Assembly (NCBI GenBank): GCA_018433085.1
Contig: JAHDRW010000028.1
Location: 4,804 to 68,803, forward strand
Source of the DNA: Deltaproteobacteria bacterium
GTDB lineage: Bacteria > Desulfobacterota > Desulfomonilia > UBA1062
Length of the DNA stretch: 64,000 bases
Direction: 5' to 3'
Part shown: positions 60,274 through 64,000 of the stretch, in pieces
How positions within the stretch are numbered: position 1 is the stretch's first letter
Layout: every line of letters starts with the position of its first letter
The notes under the pieces: model-generated
What the model was told of the DNA's origin: nothing
Database searches by the model: none
Seen by the model: the letters and a program-made list of their open reading frames with translations, nothing else
Made by a program: the position numbers and the translations under genes

Positions 60274-61536
60274 ATGAAAAAGGCAGTTTCGACCAAACAA
60301 ACGGACAGGGACACGAAACAGACCGACAGGGACAATCTCTTTGCAGCAGCGGAGCGGGTGTTTTCCAAAAGTTTTGTGGATGATATCCGGAGCAGGGGGC
60401 ATGGCTTCCTGGAGGCAGGCCGGGAGGGTTCGTATATCTTCGATGAAGAGGGCAACCGGTATCTCGACTGCTTCACTTCAGCCGGGACCTTCAACCTGGG
60501 CAGAAAGAATCCGGCCATAGCGGCGCAGCTTAAAAAGGCACTCTTTGAAACCGACCAGGGCAACTTCGTGATGCCCTCCGAAGAAAAGGCCCTGCTTGCC
60601 AGAAGGATCGCCGAATTTGTGCCTGGCAGTCTGGAGTGCGTCCTCTTCGGGGTGACCAGGGGCGAGTCCATGGATGCGGCCTGCAAGCTCGCCCGGGGGT
60701 TCACGGAGAGGCCTGAGCTCATAACGGTGGACGGAGGGTGCTACGGAGAATCCGGGTTTGCCTTGAGCCTCTCCGCCAGAAAGGGCAAGGAACAGTTCGG
60801 CGCACTGATCCCCGAGGTGAAGGTCGTGCCGTTCGGCGATGCGGATGCGGCACGCTCGGCAATCAGCCCCCGGACAGCGGCCTTCATCATGGAGCCCGTG
60901 CAGGCGGAGAACGGCTGCCGGGAGGCCGAAAAGGCGTACTACGCCCAAATCCGCTCCCTGTGCGACCGGCACGGTGCAAAGCTCATCTTCGATGAAACCC
61001 AGAGCGGTTTCGGGAGAACCGGCGCCCGGTTCTTCTTCGAACACATCGGTGTGGAGCCGGACATCCTCATCGTGGGAGAGGCCATCACCGGAGGCGTCTT
61101 TCCCATGACGGCCATGGTTTTCACCCCTGAGCTCAAGGGGTTTTTCGACATACACCCGCTCATCCATCTCTGCACCTTCGGCGGACACGATCTGGGCTGC
61201 AGGGTGGCCATGACCGCGCTTGACGAGTATGACCGGGAGTGCCCCTGGGGGAACGCCCGGGAAACGGGCGAGAAGCTGATCAAGAACCTGGGAGGGCTGG
61301 CGGGCGGAAACAAGCCCCTGAAGTCGGTGACAGGCAGAGGACTGCTCATCTCGCTCAATTTCGGTGCAGAGGAAACCGCCGGCGCATTCTGTTCCCATGC
61401 GGCAAAGAACGGGCTGTTTGCTGACACCGGCAGGGTGGACGGCTCATGCGTGCTGCTGAGGCCGAGCCTGCTCATAGGCGGGGAAGAGGCGGCCGCTGTC
61501 ACGGATGCGGTGGAGCGCACGCTGAAATCGCTGTAA
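60274..61536 (+). CDS. Class-III aminotransferase paralog lacking the PLP Schiff-base lysine (K to E)
   Basis: LIFDETQSGFGRTG is conserved. IVGEAITGG has Glu where the catalytic Lys sits in the upstream paralog (FIAKSISGG). The N-terminus has an imperfect repeat TDRDTKQTDRD. Confidence 0.7.
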   Translation: MKKAVSTKQTDRDTKQTDRDNLFAAAERVFSKSFVDDIRSRGHGFLEAGREGSYIFDEEGNRYLDCFTSAGTFNLGRKNPAIAAQLKKALFETDQGNFVMPSEEKALLARRIAEFVPGSLECVLFGVTRGESMDAACKLARGFTERPELITVDGGCYGESGFALSLSARKGKEQFGALIPEVKVVPFGDADAARSAISPRTAAFIMEPVQAENGCREAEKAYYAQIRSLCDRHGAKLIFDETQSGFGRTGARFFFEHIGVEPDILIVGEAITGGVFPMTAMVFTPELKGFFDIHPLIHLCTFGGHDLGCRVAMTALDEYDRECPWGNARETGEKLIKNLGGLAGGNKPLKSVTGRGLLISLNFGAEETAGAFCSHAAKNGLFADTGRVDGSCVLLRPSLLIGGEEAAAVTDAVERTLKSL

Positions 61537-61574
61537 TCAGATCCTCGGGCAAACCACGTACCGGCATACCAGAA

Positions 61575-61617
61575 GGGGGGGCAACTTCACTTCAGGTCCC
61601 CCCCCTTCCCGCTTTTC
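61575..61617 (+). terminator. Rho-independent terminator after the aminotransferase pair
   Basis: GGGGGGG-loop-CCCCCCC followed by TTCCCGCTTTTCC. Confidence 0.5.
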
Positions 61618-61692
61618 CTCCGAGAGCGGAACCCCGAGCCCGGAGGGCCACGGGCGACCGTGATCCGGTCCTGTTGATTCACAGGGAGTAAT

Positions 61693-62331
61693 GTGCCATA
61701 CTCTGGGGCACTGATAGCACCGGAGAAAGGTGGCCGAATCGTGGCAAGGAAACCGGTACGGGAAGAGCGGAAAAAGCAGATACTCAAGGCGCTGGACCAG
61801 TGCCTTCGGGAGAAATCCTTTCAGAAGACCTCCATCAAGGATATCTCCCGGGTTGCTGGCGTAAACCACGGTGTGCTGCACTATTATTTCGCGAACAAGG
61901 AAGACATCCTCCTGCAGTATATCGATTACGTGGTGAAGGACTTCAAATCGCAGATGCAGGAGCTGACGGCATCCGGAAACATGCCAGGCATGTCGCAGGC
62001 CGATTTCGTCAGGGAGGTCTTCGGCTTCGTGAACCACAGGATCACGCTCGACCGGAATCTCTCGAAGATCTTCGTGGAGATCTGGGAGATCGGGCTGTAT
62101 AATGATGCGGTGCGCGCAAAACTGCGGCAGGCGTATGTCGAGTGGATTCAGACCCTGGCCGGGAATATCGGCGGCGGCTCGACGGACACGGATGCCGCGT
62201 CCGTCATGAGTGTCGCCATGGTTGCCTTCTGGGAGGGAATGGCGCTGCTCTCCACGGTATTCGAAAACGGGGAGATACGGTTCGAAGAGGTCCTTGAGAG
62301 ATTTCAGCAGCAGATCATCGAGATTCTGTAA
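61693..62331 (+). CDS. TetR/AcrR-family transcriptional regulator
   Basis: N-terminal HTH KTSIKDISRVAGVNHGVLHYYFANKEDI. Confidence 0.75.
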   Translation: MPYSGALIAPEKGGRIVARKPVREERKKQILKALDQCLREKSFQKTSIKDISRVAGVNHGVLHYYFANKEDILLQYIDYVVKDFKSQMQELTASGNMPGMSQADFVREVFGFVNHRITLDRNLSKIFVEIWEIGLYNDAVRAKLRQAYVEWIQTLAGNIGGGSTDTDAASVMSVAMVAFWEGMALLSTVFENGEIRFEEVLERFQQQIIEIL

Positions 62332-62489
62332 AATGTTTCCGGCCTCCACCGGCCCATGCCGGGGACGGGTGAGATGATCCGCCCGCCCGTTTCTTCTCGG
62401 GCCGGCGGGTTGTGGTGCTGTTCATGGAATTGGGGCACGGGGAAAGGGGATGCCCTTCCCCCTCTCTCCCGCGCCGGATGAAGGTATGG

Positions 62490-63350
62490 CTACAGAGGAT
62501 AGAATCTGACCTGGAGCAGCTTTGCCCCGTTGTTGTCCATGTTCCAGAGATAGTCGACGTAATCTCCGATGTTAAACACCCACTCGTTCAGATACTCCAT
62601 GCAGTAGACCGGAGTCCCTTCGCACAGGGAATCCTCGGTCATGGGGGAGCACTCGTCGAATATCCCGTCTGAGTCCAGGTCCACACAGCAGGAATCCGGC
62701 GGCGTGAACTCGTCGGGGGCGGTGAGATAGCAGACGCTTCCCGACCATTGGAACAGACCGGTGATATCGGTTGCCCGGGACTTTCCCGAGGTGCGGACAA
62801 AGCTGGCAGAGGTCGTCAGGAAGCCCCTGTCCGTGACCAGGCCGAGATAGAGCAGGTCGTTGCCGAACTCATCCTGCACCATGACGAACCCGGGGTCGTA
62901 GATCTCGATGGTTCTGAGATCGCCGGTATCTTTCGAGGGTTTTCCCAGGACCCGGGCATAGACCCGGTAGCCGTTCTTGTTTTTCGGCAGGCGCAGGGTC
63001 GCGGGATCGTTCGGGGTAAAGCCGGTGCAGGTATCCGTCACCTGCAGCCCCGTTACATCGGGTGCGCTCTTGGGACCCTTCTTGCCCGATTCCATGACGA
63101 TCTGCACATTATACTCAGGATATTCCGGCATGAAGATAACGTTTCCATAGACCGGGTCGCCATACTCGTCACAGGAGACACCGGGGCAGGAGAAGTCGCC
63201 TTTCTTGGCGATGATGGTGAGATTGAAGTGCCCGCCCGAGGGGAATCCGTTGGGGTTGACCTCGCTGCCCGGTCCGGTGCAGTGCGCATAGCCGGTAATG
63301 AGGAGAATCAGTACGCATGCCAGGATTGCCTCTTTTATCAGCTTGCCCAT
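62490..63350 (-). CDS. Secreted cysteine-rich hypothetical protein
   Basis: Signal peptide, 12+ Cys, no recognisable family. RBS AAGGAGG. Confidence 0.45.
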   Translation of the reverse strand: MGKLIKEAILACVLILLITGYAHCTGPGSEVNPNGFPSGGHFNLTIIAKKGDFSCPGVSCDEYGDPVYGNVIFMPEYPEYNVQIVMESGKKGPKSAPDVTGLQVTDTCTGFTPNDPATLRLPKNKNGYRVYARVLGKPSKDTGDLRTIEIYDPGFVMVQDEFGNDLLYLGLVTDRGFLTTSASFVRTSGKSRATDITGLFQWSGSVCYLTAPDEFTPPDSCCVDLDSDGIFDECSPMTEDSLCEGTPVYCMEYLNEWVFNIGDYVDYLWNMDNNGAKLLQVRFYPL

Positions 63351-63867
63351 TTCTCGCGCCTCCTTATGTGATCTTTGCCCGCTTCGGGCGAAGAACCTTG
63401 CTCCGGTATTCCCCGGTTCTCTCTTCCCTGAAGAAAGGTACCCGGTCTTCGATGTATCGTCCGGAGCGATTCCGGTATATCAATAACTGTGCCGCATGAA
63501 AGGTGTTAATATAAGAGGCCTTATTATAAATTATAGTCTTCACTGGTACACGATATCGTATTCCGTGTTTCAAGATTGGCAGGGAAGGGGAGTGGGGAAA
63601 AAGGACGGATATCGCCAGTGAAAACCGTTGTCTCGTTTCCCGCTCCCGTCCAAGGATGCGTTCCCGTGGCCCTGCACTGACTTCCCCTTTCCCGAAGGAG
63701 CGAAAGACGCATCCTTATGAAAGGAACTCCTTTTGAAGACAGGTCGCCCGGGTACGTTCACCATCTCCCTGAAGCAGGGCCGAGAAAAGAAGTCGTGCAT
63801 TGACTCTCGTTTGAATGCGTGTCAGTCATTCGGTAACGAAGGAAAAGGCGAAAGGAGATCAGCGTCC

Positions 63868-64000
63868 ATGGCCGGAGCTCCCCCGAATGACCGCACCCCG
63901 GCGCAGGGGCCGGTCGCTGTAGTGAACCCGGGCGCGAGCCCGCAGGAAGAGGTGACGATCGTGGACGAGAAGAACACCGTTCTCGGCAGTGCCTTGCGGG
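63868..64000 (+). CDS. Hypothetical protein, N-terminal fragment (possibly Nudix/IDI-like; runs off the window)
   Basis: MAGAPPNDRTPAQ...VTIVDEKNTVLGSA resembles Nudix/IPP-isomerase N-termini. Partial. Confidence 0.3.
   Translation, partial: MAGAPPNDRTPAQGPVAVVNPGASPQEEVTIVDEKNTVLGSALR

Noticed and set aside
1-64000. Mobile elements, CRISPR arrays, tRNA/rRNA genes
   Set aside because: No transposase or integrase ORFs, no regularly spaced direct repeats and no cloverleaf-like conserved tRNA segments were found on visual inspection. tRNAscan/Infernal would be needed to exclude small RNAs definitively.

Overview
High-GC (about 60%) chromosomal segment, probably from a Desulfobacterota/deltaproteobacterium-like anaerobe, with roughly 55 protein-coding genes. 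No rRNA or tRNA genes, CRISPR arrays, transposases or integrases were recognisable by eye. Many long six-frame ORFs lie antisense to clearly homologous genes and are GC artefacts.

Content in order along the window:
- **1-3.3 kb:** a molybdate/tungstate uptake locus on the + strand. A ModE-type operator sits upstream of modA, modB and modC. modA carries an internal deletion and modC a frameshift. An FmdE-like protein and a Mop/TOBE molbindin follow.
- **3.3-8 kb:** a minus-strand block of 3-hydroxyacyl-CoA dehydrogenase, enoyl-CoA hydratase, a LolA-like protein and aspartate kinase.
- **8.3-17.3 kb:** MscS channel, orphan PF04392 binding protein, SHOCT and DUF3795 proteins, a 999-aa hybrid histidine kinase with a V4R-like N-terminal sensor, a TPR protein and a PEP-CTERM protein.
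- **17.9-23.7 kb:** a YhaO/YhaN-type Mre11-SbcD nuclease plus an 1166-aa Rad50/SbcC-like ATPase, then a lower-GC islet carrying DUF2795 and a RibD_C reductase.
- **23.9-26.7 kb:** lipid A-type acyltransferase, CPBP protease and UbiA prenyltransferase.
- **27.2-30.1 kb:** a three-gene membrane module of holin-X-like, DUF883-like and a 560-aa internally repeated membrane protein.
- **30.6-31.9 kb:** FadL-like outer membrane protein.
- **32-39.2 kb:** a RuBisCO-like protein (RLP) operon with FGGY sugar kinase, GSA-aminomutase-like class-III aminotransferase, the RLP and a hypothetical protein, beside a divergent AraC regulator. This is the most interesting candidate in the window.
- **39.3-42 kb:** amidohydrolase and a Tat-exported DUF362 protein.
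- **42.5-47.2 kb:** a MacAB-OMF tripartite efflux system.
- **47.5-54.9 kb:** SDH-type serine protease, GYD protein, Big_2 lipoprotein, alpha/beta hydrolase, MMPL/RND transporter and GNAT.
- **55-62.3 kb:** a truncated MBL-fold remnant, alanine dehydrogenase, an Amidohydro_3 enzyme, two tandem class-III aminotransferases (the second lacking the Schiff-base lysine) and a TetR regulator.
- **62.5-64 kb:** a secreted Cys-rich protein and a partial gene.

A roughly 20-nt GC-rich element recurs in at least three intergenic spots, and several hairpins and terminators are visible.
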